64,000 nucleotides of DNA, from NCBI RefSeq assembly GCF_006345805.1, contig NC_042998.1, forward strand, positions 98,456,001-98,520,000. Direction: 5' to 3'. Made by a program: the position numbers and the translations under genes. Shown here piece by piece: positions 39,163 to 52,840 of the stretch. The stretch's first letter is position 1; each line of letters starts with the position of its first letter. The notes below the pieces were generated by a model. It was not told where the DNA came from. It made no database searches and was given only the letters and a program-made list of their open reading frames with translations. This stretch comes from Octopus sinensis (Eukaryota).

Positions 39163-39672
39163 AATAATAATAATGGTTTCTGATTTAGGCACCAGGCCAA
39201 AAATGTTAAAGGGAGGGAGCTAGTTGATTGCATTGACCCCAATACTTGACTGGTACTTTATTGTATCAACCCTGAAAGGATGAGAGACAAAGTTGACCTC
39301 AAGTGAAATTTGAACTCAGAACATGAAAAGTTGAAACAAATACTACAAGGCATATTTTTCTGATGTTCTAATGACTCTGCCAATTCACCACCCAATATGA
39401 TGATGATAATAGTGACAATAATGATAGTAGTAGCAGATGTAATAATAATATTAATGGTTTCAACTTTTGGCATAAGGCCAGCAAATTTTAGAGGGAGAGG
39501 TTGGTTGGTTGCATCGACCCCAGTACTTGACTGGTACTTTATTTTATGGACCCCCACCCTAAAGGATGAAAGGCAAAGTTGACCTGGTGGGATTTGAACT
39601 CAGAATGTAAAGAGCTGCAAGAAATGCCATCAAGCATTTTGTTCAATGCACTAACAATTCTGCCAGCTCACC
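38910..39672 (-). mobile_element. Three head-to-tail SINE family C copies separated by (AAT)n/(GAT)n
   Basis: CCCAGTACTTGACTGGTACTTTAT-type core at ~38970, ~39240 and ~39520. Confidence 0.9.
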
Positions 39673-40175
39673 ACATTAGATATAATAATAATATTAGTAT
39701 TAACAGTAATAATATTGAAAATTTATTAAATCATCATCATCATAAAAAGAGAGAACTATAATCTTGAAATCAAATAATAAAGGAAATAAAAAACAAACAG
39801 AACTTTATAGTATATTAATAAACATGGGTTATATCAAATGCGAAAACAAATCAAAAGAAAAAAAAACCCCAAAAAACAAACTATTGCAAGCAACCAGAAT
39901 GATTAATCAGCAACAAGAATCAAAATAGATATACGTTTCTTTAAAATAGATATTTTTTTCATAATTATTTGCAAAGTAAAACATTTTTTCCCGTAGCAGT
40001 ACTAGTCTCATTCATTCAAAATACTTTTGGAACAAAATGCATTTACAGTTAAAATTAAATAACAATACTAAAAGAAAATTGAATTTTAAATGCATAAATT
40101 ATCTTTAAATAATTAAAACTAAATTGTTTAAAAAAATAATAGTTTAAATATATATTCTTTTAAAATTTCTAATTT

Positions 40176-40595
40176 TTAGATTGGAAGTTTCTTTTTAGTT
40201 TTTTTGTTCTTTTTACTTTTGTATACATTTGTTTCTTCTTCTACACTGTCATCCAGCTCAGACCCATCAAAATAGATGCAAAGTGCTGCTTGTGCTTGGT
40301 TTTTCTCATCATCCTTGAGTAATGCTGAGTTTTCATTGGTGTTTATTGAATCTGATGAGTCACACCGAGTGACCATGTAAGTTTGACTGGTCGCTGGGCT
40401 CACATTAGTGGACTGGTGATGGTGGTGTTCATAATGGTGGCGTACAGGGCTACCTGAGGGAGAGCGAGATCGGACAATGCGTGCACCCTGGCGTGCAATG
40501 CGACCTCTGGCAGTACCTGCGGGAGCATGGATATCAGCAGAGGGGTCATCATGGGATTTTGACCTCTGGATATAGCGCTGTTTACGCCGGGGCTG
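40176..40595 (-). CDS. Terminal coding exon of unidentified gene B (139 aa: QPRRKQRYIQRSKSHDD...HHYEHHHH...KSKKNKKTKKKLPI*)
   Basis: Long pyrimidine tract plus CACAG acceptor, GC- and CpG-rich open frame in an AT-rich context, TAA at 40178-40176, non-repetitive protein-like composition. Confidence 0.85.
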   Translation of the reverse strand, partial: QPRRKQRYIQRSKSHDDPSADIHAPAGTARGRIARQGARIVRSRSPSGSPVRHHYEHHHHQSTNVSPATSQTYMVTRCDSSDSINTNENSALLKDDEKNQAQAALCIYFDGSELDDSVEEETNVYKSKKNKKTKKKLPI

Positions 40596-41730
40596 CTGTG
40601 AAAAAGGGGAAATAGAAAAAAGAAAGGAAAAAAACAAAGAAAATAACAATAAGGATTAAGCAAAGGAAATATTTATGGCCAAAAAATAAAAAAAGGAAAA
40701 GAAACACAAATTCACACACAAAAAAAGAGAGAAGGAAAGTAATTTCAAACCAACAACATCAATAACAACAACAACAATCAATAAACAACAAATTAAGAGA
40801 AATCTGCAACCCAAGCAGTCTGTAAATAGTTTAGTTCATTAAATTCAATGATAAGACATGATACAGTCTCAACACTTGTCCAATCTAAAGAAACAAAAAT
40901 TTTGATTTATTTGATAAATGTTGATAGATTACTATCAATATGTCTACAACATGCAACCTCAGGAAAATAATACTATTAAGAAAATTCATCATTCTCCACA
41001 ATATACACAGAGAAACACATAGACATACATATATATTTATATATGACTATTTCATGAGTTAACAGTGTTTTCGGTTTCAATGTTATATAAGTCTTAGTAA
41101 TAGTGGTTTTATAGTAAGCAATATCTCCATACAGACTTAAAGAAGATATGTTCAGTTTCACTGATGAAATCTCATTACAGTGTGAACCTAGTCAGGTTGA
41201 TCCTGCTTCTGCTGTTCATGTAGGTATTGTAGTGCAGTACTGAATACAAATCAATAGATATATTCTGTTGTACAACACATGTATGTATGTATATATATGT
41301 GTGTGTATACATAAAGGTGTATAATATTTAAATGTATATATATAAATGCATAGATATTTGTATATATATATGTGTGTGTGTGTGTTGTGTGTGTGTGAAT
41401 ATATATATATGAGAGTGGAATAAAACAAGAAAGTCTAAATTATCTTATTGATGATTTATAATGTTACTATAGAGAATAATTAAACTAACTCTTCTGCTTT
41501 ATATCACTCTCAAATATAAACTCTGTAAATTGTTCAGTTGTATATAGTACCAAAAGAATATTGAAGGACAAATAATATTTAACTGTCAATTGGAATATGG
41601 ATAAAGAATGATTTACATGAAATTCTAAACATCCCATTCAAAATACCAATTCTACAATACACACACACATACTTATATATAAATGTATACAAATATATAT
41701 ATATATATATATATATACATACATATATGC

Positions 41731-41791
<61 letters not shown>

Positions 41792-42369
41792 GTACCAAAA
41801 AAGAAAATGGAAGGGATACAAAAATGACATACATCAGCCAGTGTATACATAGATACATACATACACACACACTCACACATATATATATATATATAAAGAG
41901 TGTTACCCATCATAAAACAGGTAATTTGAAGTATGCTTTTGTCCACCATGGGTAATATCAGGAATTATGATATACATATAATACAGATAATTTAACTTTG
42001 AGCAAATTTCTTGGTGCATATACAAAATGATGAAACCAATTTTTAAAAGACAAATATTTATTACCTTAAAATCAAATAAGACAAAACAAATTTCCCATTT
42101 GTATAACTCTTCCATAACTACTGTCATTTAATCCCTATACTTCTCTGCCTGACACCAAGCCTAGTATGTGCACTCATTCTGTACCTCTTACATTATCTCT
42201 CTCTGTATCTCTCTCTTACTCTTTCTGTTCGTTACTCTATATGATGTAAAGCATGTTGAGGATATCAACTTATCAATAGTTATATTGGCTTTCTATCTCT
42301 CTCTCTCTCTCTCTCACACAAAACACACAGACACACACACATACACATGCTGATGGTATTTTTTTCCCT

Positions 42370-42530
42370 TCTTTGGACTTTTCTGTTTTCCTTTCTGATG
42401 AAAACCTATGCTTGAAATGTCGAAAACTCTCTTCTTACCAAACATCAAACTAATACATTCCATGTGCATGTCCTCTTGTTGTCTTTTTTCTTATTGTTAT
42501 TTTTAATGTTCAGTTATTTGATTTGACTAC
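42370..42530 (+). mobile_element. Penelope-like terminal fragment (family of 10441-10613)
   Basis: CTTT-CTGATGA-AAACCTATGCTT-GAAAT-GTC followed by AAACTAATACA as in the 10.5 kb copy. Confidence 0.5.
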
Positions 42531-42624
42531 ACACACGTATGTATGTATATACACATACACACACACACATATACATACACACATACAATAAGGAAAGTAC
42601 ATCTATTTATACTCCCTAATACAG

Positions 42625-42698
<74 letters not shown>

Positions 42699-43507
42699 AC
42701 AATGAGTAAATAAGTAAATGAGTAAAAGAGAAATCTCTACAAGTTTGGATTGTTAGAAGTAGCAGTCAATACTTCTTCATAACTCACTCTACTATCTCTG
42801 AAAAACAGATCTGATAATGTAGTTATGGAAATACTATATAGTAAGGACAGTCATAGTTGAAATGGCTTTAATCAAAGGTTTGCTTGATCAGCATTCACAT
42901 AGAACTAAATAATAGCGACAATATCAACACATTGTATAATTTATATAATCAGTAAAATGTATCTCATGTATATATATATATTTATCATCTTCATCATTGT
43001 TTAATGTCCACCTTCCATATATATATATGTATGTGTGTGTGTGAGTGTGTGTGTGTCTGTCTGTACTGAGTATATTTGCTATTTTACATCCATTTTCACG
43101 TATGGAGTGGTTTTTGTGGGAAGAATTGCTTTTTAATAGCTGGTTGGAGATAGTTTCAATTGCCTACTGAATTGTGAAGTAGAAGTGGAATCTGTTAAAA
43201 GCAAGACAACATGAAACAAACAGAGATGTAAGGTCTTTGTATCATCTAGTCAATGAAAAGCATTTTACTCTCTTAGCTATCATGTCTCAACTAAACAGAG
43301 ACACACACAGATATACATACATGCATGATTTTATATCTAAGGATGTAGAAAATGATCATCTTTTTTCCTTTTATTCAATTAAAGTTTTGTATATGTTATA
43401 CTTTTAGCATTTTAAACAACAGTGGATCTACAGGATGTTCTTTATATAACCTACATTGTATGAGTAATTGTGTGCTCTCTGTTTCACATTCTCTATTTCT
43501 TTCTCTT

Positions 43508-43789
43508 ACCAGTACTGCCTGACTGGCTCCTGTGCCAATGGCATGTAAAAAGCACCATTTGAGCATGGTCAATGCCAGTACTGCCTGACTGGCCCTTGTG
43601 CCAATGGCATGCAAAAAGCATCCACTACATTCTCAGAGTGGTTGGTGTTAGGAAGGGCATCCAGCCATAGAAACCTCGCCAGATCAGGTTGGAGCCTGGT
43701 GCAGCCTTCTGGCTTGCCAGCCCTCAGTCAAACTGTCCAACCCATGCCAGCATGGAAAGCAGACGTTAAACGACGACGATGATGATGAT
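43508..43789 (+). mobile_element. RTE LINE 3' UTR with tandem ~70-bp units and (GAT)n tail
   Basis: CCAGTACTGCCTGACTGGC occurs twice; tail CCATGCCAGCATGGAAAGCAGACGTTAAACGACGACGATGATG. Confidence 0.9.
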
Positions 43790-44519
43790 GAACTATGATT
43801 AAATGATTTTGAAATCATTTGATATGTGTGTTTCAAGTTTGCATAATATATAATAGGAAATGCTTCCATTATGTAAATCTTTCTCAGTTAAAGCATTTTG
43901 AAATATGGTTTGACTTCATTATAACAACTAATATGACTCAATGCCATTACAAACTAGCTGGTCTTGACTCCACTCATGCATATACACTATCAACGGTTTG
44001 GAGTTGTTTGTTATATTTGACTCATGTCTAAAATTCTAGTAACATGCATTGCTTCTTAGCATAATACGAAATATATATACACACATGCAAACACACACAC
44101 ATAAATACATGTACATACAGAGAGAGAGAGAGAGAAAGAAAGAGAGAGAGAAAGAAAGAGAGAGAGAGAGAGAGAATGAGAGAGAGTCACAGTAACATAT
44201 ATACAAAGAAAATAATACACAATATATCTGGAAGATCTATTATTGTTTAAAACACCATAACTACAACATAAATGAAGACCTTAATTGGATTAAGAAGAAA
44301 CAAATTTCTTATTCCTGTTTAACAAAGATCAAATGTCATTTTAAAAGATGGAGTAACAAAAAGGAATGAAATGAAAACAACTCCTTTATGAAAGATAAAT
44401 ATTGAACTTACACCAGCATTAATTTTTTTTCATTGTTATTCTTTTCTCAGATTAATAGAATGATTTACTGTAGCACATGCATTTATAGAACTCATTCTAT
44501 TTTTACTACAGCTTATACA

Positions 44520-44690
44520 TCAATAGGCATAGATATGGTTAAGAAGTTTGCTCCCCAGCCGCATTTTTCATGTTCAATACCACTACTTGGCATCTTGAGC
44601 AAGTGTCTTCTACTATAGCCTTGGTTTGACAAAAGTCTTTTAGTGAACTTTGGCAGCTGAAACTGTGTAGAAACCCATCTTCTTCTGTGC
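44520..44690 (+). mobile_element. SINE family A head
   Basis: GGCATCTTGAGCAAGTGTCTTCTACTATAGCC. Confidence 0.75.
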
Positions 44691-46434
44691 GTGTGCATAC
44701 ACATGCACATGTGCAAGTCTTTGCATTGATATTCTTGGCCTGCAGTGGTGTGTATTTATATCACATAGCTCAGTGGTTTAGAGTGCAAAGACCAGTGGGA
44801 TAAACTACCTTACTTGAAAAATATTGAGTTGGCATCAGGAAGGGCATCTGGACATAGAGTATGGCCAAAAAGAGGCTTGTCCAATCCATGCTAATAATGA
44901 TGGATGGCATTGGATCGCTGTATTTAAACTTCCTTGAATACCATCTTTGCAATGCTACCTTTGTCTCCCATCATAAAGTCTGTATAACAATGATTGCACC
45001 AAATGTGTTGAGATCCAATATACATCATCCATCACTTCCTCTCTCTCTTTCATTACTCTCTCTTACCATAATCCATCTCAGCTGCTATCCATCACCCACT
45101 ATCTCTTGTTTACCAAAAATATATAGGTACCATTACTACTTCTCTTCCATTATTCTCTCTAAATGATTTGTTTCTCTCATCATACTCTCATTTCTTGCAC
45201 CTTCTCAGCCTAGTTCATCTTCTGTCAATGTATAACAGTGAGGACTGTTAAGTCTTGCAGAATACAAGGCAACCTCACTAGAGCTAATGTCACAAAGAAA
45301 AAAGAAATGAATGAATGAATGAATGTATATGTGTATAAGTGAGAGTGTATGTCTGTATATAATCCATACTAGCATAGATAAGTGTATATAAAATGATGAG
45401 AGGGACTGGTCTTAGATTTTCTGTGCTCAAGAAGATCCACCCATATTGATGAAAGTGAGGCCCTAAAAACATTATGTTAATTTCTATACACTCACTGTAT
45501 CCTGCAACCTGTACCCAATCTGTTCCCTTCAAGCCTTCCTTATCTCTTGTCTTCCTCACACCCAATCCTCTTCTTTTCTAACAATAGCACTATTCAACAG
45601 CTGTAGCCATTTGAGAGCAGAATATACACATATTTTATCCTCCTTTCTGTAACCAGTTACCTCTCCCTCTCACTGGAACCACTTCCTTTAAAAATCCATC
45701 CTTTATTATCAATATCAACTCTTCCAACTTCATTTAAAATTGATTGTCCTTTTCTGTGCCTCCAGTTATATATATATATATATATCCGTTGAGATACATC
45801 TTAGAATTGTCATTATCTTATTTAACACAATCTCTTATCTGCTACTATTCTCATCACCCTACCATATCTGCTGTTGACAGCTTCCCTCCACTTGTGCCCC
45901 CCCCCCACTCACTATGCATCTCTCTTTTTTTCCCCTCACTCTCCCATCCCACACAGCATTTCTATGCTTTCTGATCTACCTACAAGTTTATTATATTGCT
46001 GCTCTCCTCCCCCCACTGTCACTTATCACTTCCTCCTCCCTGAGTCACTCCTATTCTTTTACCTACCTGCCATACTTATGTGGCACAACTTCACCCTTGA
46101 TCCATTCACTACATTCGTCTTTACATCCATGTCTAACCATCTATCACTCCCCTCTCACACCCTAATGAACTTATCCACCCGCCTTTCTCAATTCTTTGTA
46201 TTCTCTACTATACTCACTTTCTTGTATCTTGAGAGTATGCTCTGACACCTTATCTCTATTACCAATATCTTCTTTCCAGCAATTCCTACTCACCCTTATA
46301 TGATGTAGGGTAGCTACATATCTCTTCTTGTTCCTCCAGCATCCTTTAGCCTCTCAACAACTGATATAAAGCTACCTCATGCTCTACTACAACCCACTCA
46401 GTTGAGGGGTCCTTTTCTTTGTCATGTAAGTTAC

Positions 46435-46575
46435 AGCATATTCCATAAAGTGGCTGGTATTAGGAAGGGCATCCAACCATTGAAACCATGCCAAAACAAA
46501 CTTTAGCTTTTTGGATCTTGTCAAACCATCCAACTTAACCAGTGTAGAAGACAGATGTTAAATGATGATGATGAT
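46435..46575 (+). mobile_element. RTE-type 3' tail
   Basis: TAGGAAGGGCATCCA...GATGTTAAATGATGATGAT. Confidence 0.7.
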
Positions 46576-47249
46576 ATAAATATATATATAATATGTGTGT
46601 GTATATATATATATAGTATGTGTATGTGTGTAAAGAGTAAAGGAAAATTTAAAGTTTGATAAATGCTATCTTAAGCCTAAAAGTTCTTGTCATAATATTT
46701 TAATTAACTCTTTACTGACACATAGGATTGGTTATGTAATGTCTTATGAATTAAGAAGTATATAATATCTAGCATCCTGCAACATTCAGCACAAATACCA
46801 TAATTATTTGAAGGGGTATAAAAGAATAGATTAGAAACATAAAGAGAATGGAGAAGGAATGTTTGCACATAGGAAATTTAAATGTATAAAGCACTGGATT
46901 TATAATTCATGAGTTAAAACTTGGTTTGTTAACATTCTGGAACCAATACATTTATAGATTTATCTAATGTGTCATGGGTCAAGGTATAGTGATGTGGTTG
47001 AGAAATTAGTCTTACAGCCATGCAATTTTCAAATCAGTCTCACTGCACAATACTTTGGGTAATGTCATCTATTATATCCTTAGGTTGACAAATGAAGAGA
47101 TGGCAAATAGATTGATGTATCAACCAAAATTATCTAGTTGTATCAAACAGGTCGAATCTTGTAGGTGGGCTTAAACATTTGATAAAAAGAAATTCCTAAA
47201 ATTGATTAAAACCCTTGAAGATACCTCAGCATCAAATCAGTTGTCATTG

Positions 47250-47390
47250 TCATCATCATTTAACATCCTTTTCCATACTGGCATGGGTTGGATGGTTTGA
47301 CAGGAACTGGCATGCCAGAGGACTATGCCAAAATCTACTGTCTGCTTTGGCATAGTTTCTATGGCTGGATGCCTTTTCTGACACCAGTCA
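47250..47390 (-). mobile_element. RTE-type 3' tail
   Basis: CATCATCATTTAACATCCTTTTCCATACTGGCATGGGTTGGATGG. Confidence 0.8.
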
Positions 47391-48074
47391 GTAAAGAATA
47401 AAATATATAAAGCATGTTTTATTTATTTTATTCTTTACTTCATTTCTCTGAGTGATCAGAGTAGTAGTAAATTAATGAACAGAACATCTCATTTCTACTG
47501 GCTTTTTGAATGCTCTTTACAATTAAGGTTTGGTTGTTAATGATTATTTTGTGGCTTTTGGTATTGTTATAATGGAAAAATTATAAAATATTCTGAATAT
47601 ATAGCATTTAGGATTTTTCTCTTGATTATATAATTTTTTAAATCAGTTATTTTATTGTTTTAACTAATAAAGATGTATGATGATATAATTTGTAAATTTA
47701 ATGTCCATATAGTTAATTTTATATCTATATGAATATTATGATAAATGAAGTAAAAAAAAAGGCAAAATAGAGAGGAAAAATGAACTTCTTGAAAAATGCT
47801 GATCCAAAAGATTTAGGAGAAATGAAGTGACAGGCAAACAAAATTTGTTAGTACTAACTCATGGAGGATTTACAAGCTACAAAGCTACATAAAATTTACT
47901 TTTAGATACATGTTTTCACACATACAACTATTTTATGAAATGTTACATTGAAAGAGACAAGATCATTCAGATCCAATATTTCAATCATAAATAGCACCTT
48001 CTCTGAAATCAAAATCTGGCAGAAGTAAGCCTTTATCAACAGCATTTTAATGTAAAAAATGAGAGTATATTCTA

Positions 48075-48400
48075 AAAAGGTTAACTCCCCTAGCCTTTTT
48101 CTTTCCTAAGGCACTCACAAGACAGTGAGGGTTTGTGCTTGGAGTTTCTTCCATAACTTCGATAAGTTAATTGCCACATTACAGGTGCTGCTACTCTAGT
48201 TCAGAGAAGACCTGGGAACAATAGTGGTTCCACATTCCTCAAAGTCCCTCTTTCACACCCTTCTGGCAACTCTAGGTTAGGAGAAGGCCACTCTAATGTA
48301 AAGCCTACAGCTTGCTGGTCACCACAGTCTCTTAGCCCTGCTGAGTTACTGTGGTCAGACTTCCAAATGTAAGGAGTGGGATCAGACTACACAGTCTGAC
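48075..48400 (-). mobile_element. Possible LINE 5' region fragment
   Basis: GC-richer, non-coding in all frames, and reminiscent of RTE-type 5' UTRs; family not established. Confidence 0.3.
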
Positions 48401-48896
48401 TCTCATTTTAAAACCACTAAACGCAGACAGGAAGAAAAGATCTGCAGTGATGGAGAAGTAACAAAAATAACAGGTGTTGGATGGTACTGATAGTCACAGT
48501 CTCAACTCTGTATATCTGCATATAGGCAGCCTCCTCCTTCCTCATGGTCTTCAGACACAAACAACTGCCATCAGTATCCTAACGAGAATGCATAGTTTCT
48601 ATAATCTCTTTAGAGACAATATTAAAAGCAGATTTTCAGAAGAATTATGGTAAGCTTCATTCAGCAATAAATAACTACAGTAATGAATTATCTAAGTAAG
48701 TTGTTCATAGGATTTTAATTGGAAACAGATTTGTATGTATTAAATTTTTTGCACTTTTGTCAATATCTGATTTGTGCAAAGGAAGACACTAAACATTATT
48801 TAAAAATAAACAACAAACATATTAAACATATTACTAAAACTGAAATCACCAAATCTGATATTATTTAGTTCCTTTCTAGAGCTCTTGATTACAGAC

Positions 48897-49048
<152 letters not shown>

Positions 49049-49302
49049 TTCTGAACAGTTTCCTCAGAACATCATTCCATAGAAAGTAAAATTGGTAAGA
49101 TAATTTGTTAGTTGCAGAGTGTAATGCAGTAAGTCCAAGAATGGTATTACATTTATTCCTTCATTACGATTGTTTCAACAACACCCAGACATATCATGAT
49201 AATAAATAGTGATTACGTAATATCCAAACATATTACATGTGATCCATGATCATTTTGTCAGATAAAGGTCAAAAAGCAATACAAATGGTACTTGGAAAGC
49301 TA

Positions 49303-49338
<36 letters not shown>

Positions 49339-50542
49339 GTGAAGACCACAGTGAGATGAGCCTATTTACATATAGTGTGGAAGCAAAACCTTCTGACAAG
49401 CGAATAAAACATAATAGAGTAACATAGGATCAAGAACAAAGATAATTTAACCTTACTAGATAAGATTAGTAGTGAGGTTGGACACTAATTATCTCATATT
49501 ACCTGACAATTATCTGCCAGGAAAGGAAAATGTAGTAGTTGGAACTTGTTTCTGACTCAAGCCATAAATTAACTAAGGAAGGTGGAGAAATCTTCCAAGA
49601 GCAATAGTGACAACAGATCAAGTAAAATAATTTAAAGAAAATAAAAATAAAGAAGAGAGAGGACAAGAATATAAGTGGGAAGGGTTAGTAGGAGCAATAG
49701 AAGTAAGCATAAGTGAAAGGGGTATTGGGAATGTCACACTTAAAGGAGCTGACACTCGGTTATAATAAAAAAAAAAAGCAACTATTATAAGATCAGTATA
49801 CTGAAAATGTTTAATAAAATACAATATATTGCAGTATAAATAATAAATTACAAATTATTGAGTGTGTGTGTGCGTGTGTGTGTTTGTATATGGGTATGTA
49901 TAAATATGTGTGCATGTGTATGTATGTAAATAGATGTATATTATATCCACTTTTATTATACACTCGCAACAGGAAAAATGAATTTTATAAGTTTTTTTTA
50001 GTTTATAGCTTCAATATTAGCAACTTATAATTATAAGAAACTATTTCTTTTTAAACTAAACAACACACACACACAGAGAGTATGGCTGATAGTAAAATGA
50101 CCAATAACAATTAGAAATTTCCAGAAGTTACTTGAATTTGAACTTGAGCCTACCGGTTTGGCAAGGAAAGAAAATGAATTGGGTACATTCAAAATTGTTA
50201 CTATGTATTTCTAAATCTATGAAGCTATGAGTGACTCTAACTTTTCTTCCATTTACTCTCTTTGCCTATCCTGATTTAAATTGAAGAAAAATGTTTAGAT
50301 AATATACTTAGTTAATTGACAATCTATAACGCCATTACTCCAAGATGAAGACATACAAGATACAGAAACAAGCTTGTCCAGCTATATAGAGTCAGTAGGT
50401 AGTATTAGATATTGAAAGTATAAACATAATATATGGATTAAATATAATATTTTTGAGAGGATGGTAAAAAAAAAATGAAATATGCATATGGATCACATTT
50501 ATGTGAAGAATAATGTACTGTTCTTAATATTTGTTGATACAT

Positions 50543-50753
50543 AAGGTGGCGAGCTGACAGACTTGTTAGCATGCTGACCAAAATGCTTAGTGGCTTTTCA
50601 TCCATCTTTATATTCTAAGTTCAAATTCTTCTGAGGTCAACTTTGCCTTTCCTCTGGTCAATAAAATAAGTACCAACTGAGCATTGGGGGTCAATATAAC
50701 CAACTTACTCATTGCCTCAAAATTGCTAGCTTTCTGCCAAAATTTGAAACCGA
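50543..50753 (+). mobile_element. SINE family C, full length
   Basis: GGTGGCGAGCTGACAGA head, AGTTCAAATTC B-box, ATAAAATAAGTACCA core, CCAAAATTTGAAACC tail. Confidence 0.9.
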
Positions 50754-50839
50754 TATGTGTTGATGCATATTATGAATGACCAGAAGTATAAAGAATTAGG
50801 AATAAAGAAACAGAAAGAGTTAGGCAAGTGTTAAAAATT

Positions 50840-51120
50840 GTGTTTACCAGAATTGTTTTCCTAGAAGCATTAGAATTTGACACTGCCTGTAAATTTCATG
50901 ACAATGACTTATGTAAACCTATGAAAACACCATTATATATTCCAGATTCAAATGAAATTGCTGACAGAATGGTTGAAAATTTTAAAAAGAACTTTTAAGC
51001 ATAATTACCAAATAAAGATTCTATTAATGTATATTTTAGTCATATGGTTTTAAGTTGCTGAGCATTCTCTTTACTTAGGAAAACTCCTTAGTCTATCTGC
51101 TTTGATAGGCAAACATGTAT
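50840..51120 (+). pseudogene. Decayed LTR-retrotransposon (Gypsy-like) integrase fragment
   Basis: EFDTACK...TPLYIPDSNEIADRMVENFKK resembles the integrase core motif TxPYHPQSNGxAERxVxTFK. Confidence 0.5.
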
Positions 51121-52629
51121 AACCCCTAATGGCAATGTCCTATGAAACTGCAGTTCAGATTAATATAACAGATACAGAAAAATTAACAGCAACATGTTAG
51201 ATATAACATCTCAAAGAAAACATAATACAGATACAGTTATTCAGGATGGACAATAGGGTATACTAGTTCGTGCAGATCAGATAAGTAATGGACAGAAATA
51301 TAATAAATACTGAATCCATCCCTCAAGTTTTGAATGATATGCTAAATTGTTAATAATGATTGTGATTTGACAACTGATACAGGAACAAACACTTTTCAAA
51401 TAATTCTCGAATAACAAAAGGAATTACACCAATTTGCTTTCGGGAGATATGATGTCATTTCTATGCTAATATTATTGCATGTATTTTGCAGTTTTTACAT
51501 GATTAGATCTATTTAAGGTGGCTACTAGTTTCATGCAACAGGTTTGGCCATCAGATGAATAACACTTCTGAACATATAGAATCACATGTGACCACAATTG
51601 TATTTGGATAAATGCTGTAGGTTACAACATAAATGAAACTACATAAATGAAATCTCTTTTTCTCTCTCTTTCACTCTAAAAGTGTTCAGTTTTTCTGTTT
51701 CTGGTTGAAGAGCTCCTCAAATATATCATTCATTTATTCAGTTGGAAAACAACAAACACTATGTAGCCATTGAAGATATTGGCCAGTCTAAAGAATAATG
51801 TTCTTTGATAGGAAGCTACAGTATAATGCTGCAAGGCGGAAAACATTAATATAAGCGGAAAACATTAATATAAAGAAACCTATGAAGCATTACAAGGAAT
51901 TCTTATTAGATGATGTGTATGGTTACAATAAAAGCTCATGTGAGAGGCAATGACAGTTAGATGAAAAGAAATTAAACTATTATAGTTATATGACGCTGAA
52001 GCCGAAAAAAAAAATGAAAACAATGTTCTAAAATTATTAAATCAATAGAAATTTAAGATATTTAAAAGTAGTTCTAAGTTAACTGTTGATTACAACAGCT
52101 TATAAATAACCTGATATATTTTAAAATAAATACAAGGGGAAAATATATTTTAATAGATATATATTGATTTGAGCGTGGGTACAAGAAAAATTAATGAATT
52201 AGTATTCATGATGTCCATAAATTTTTTGTAGAACAAAACTAAAATATGAATCTATCACTAAGATTCTTTTAGCCAGATATGGAAAGATAAGAGTTTAAAG
52301 TGGAATTTACATCGACAGCAGTAAGCTATAGATAGAAATCTTATTCTCAGAACATATTTAGAAACCAAGAGTTTGGAAACTCCACTTGTTTTATTTTATT
52401 TTTATGCAGAGAATGTAAAAAAAAAAAAAAAAAAAAGTGTATAAAATATGTGAGAACAAAACTTTATGTACACTACTATGTGTGTGTACAGAAATTATAC
52501 ATGGGTACTCATACTCATGTGTGTGTGTGTGTGGGTATGTGTGTGTGTATGTATAAAATTATACATACACATGTATACACCATATTGGTGTATAATCTGT
52601 TGACTATATGCCTACTCTGTAACAGATGG

Positions 52630-52840
52630 GAAATATTGGTTTCAAATTTTGGCACAATTCCAGCAATTTCAGGGAAGGTGTAATTCGATCACATCAACAC
52701 CAGTGTTCAACTGGTACTTATTTTATTGACACCAAATGGATGAAAGGCAAAGTCGACCCTTGTGGCATTTGAACAAAGAACATAATGTCAGAAGAAATGC
52801 TGTTAAGCATTTTTTATGGCATGATAACAATTCTACCAGC
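52630..52840 (-). mobile_element. SINE family C
   Basis: Reverse match to 50543-50753. Confidence 0.9.

Noticed and set aside
40976-41200. Minus-strand ORF near gene B as a possible upstream exon
   Set aside because: Weak acceptor, no good donor, and it runs into low-complexity sequence.
41903-42127. ORF MTVVMEELYKW with AAG|GTAATA donor
   Set aside because: All frames are closed just upstream and there is no acceptor or recognisable similarity.
49390-49600. YLPGKENVV resembling the DIRS/LTR RNase H end motif
   Set aside because: A single short motif amid stops; too weak to list as a feature.
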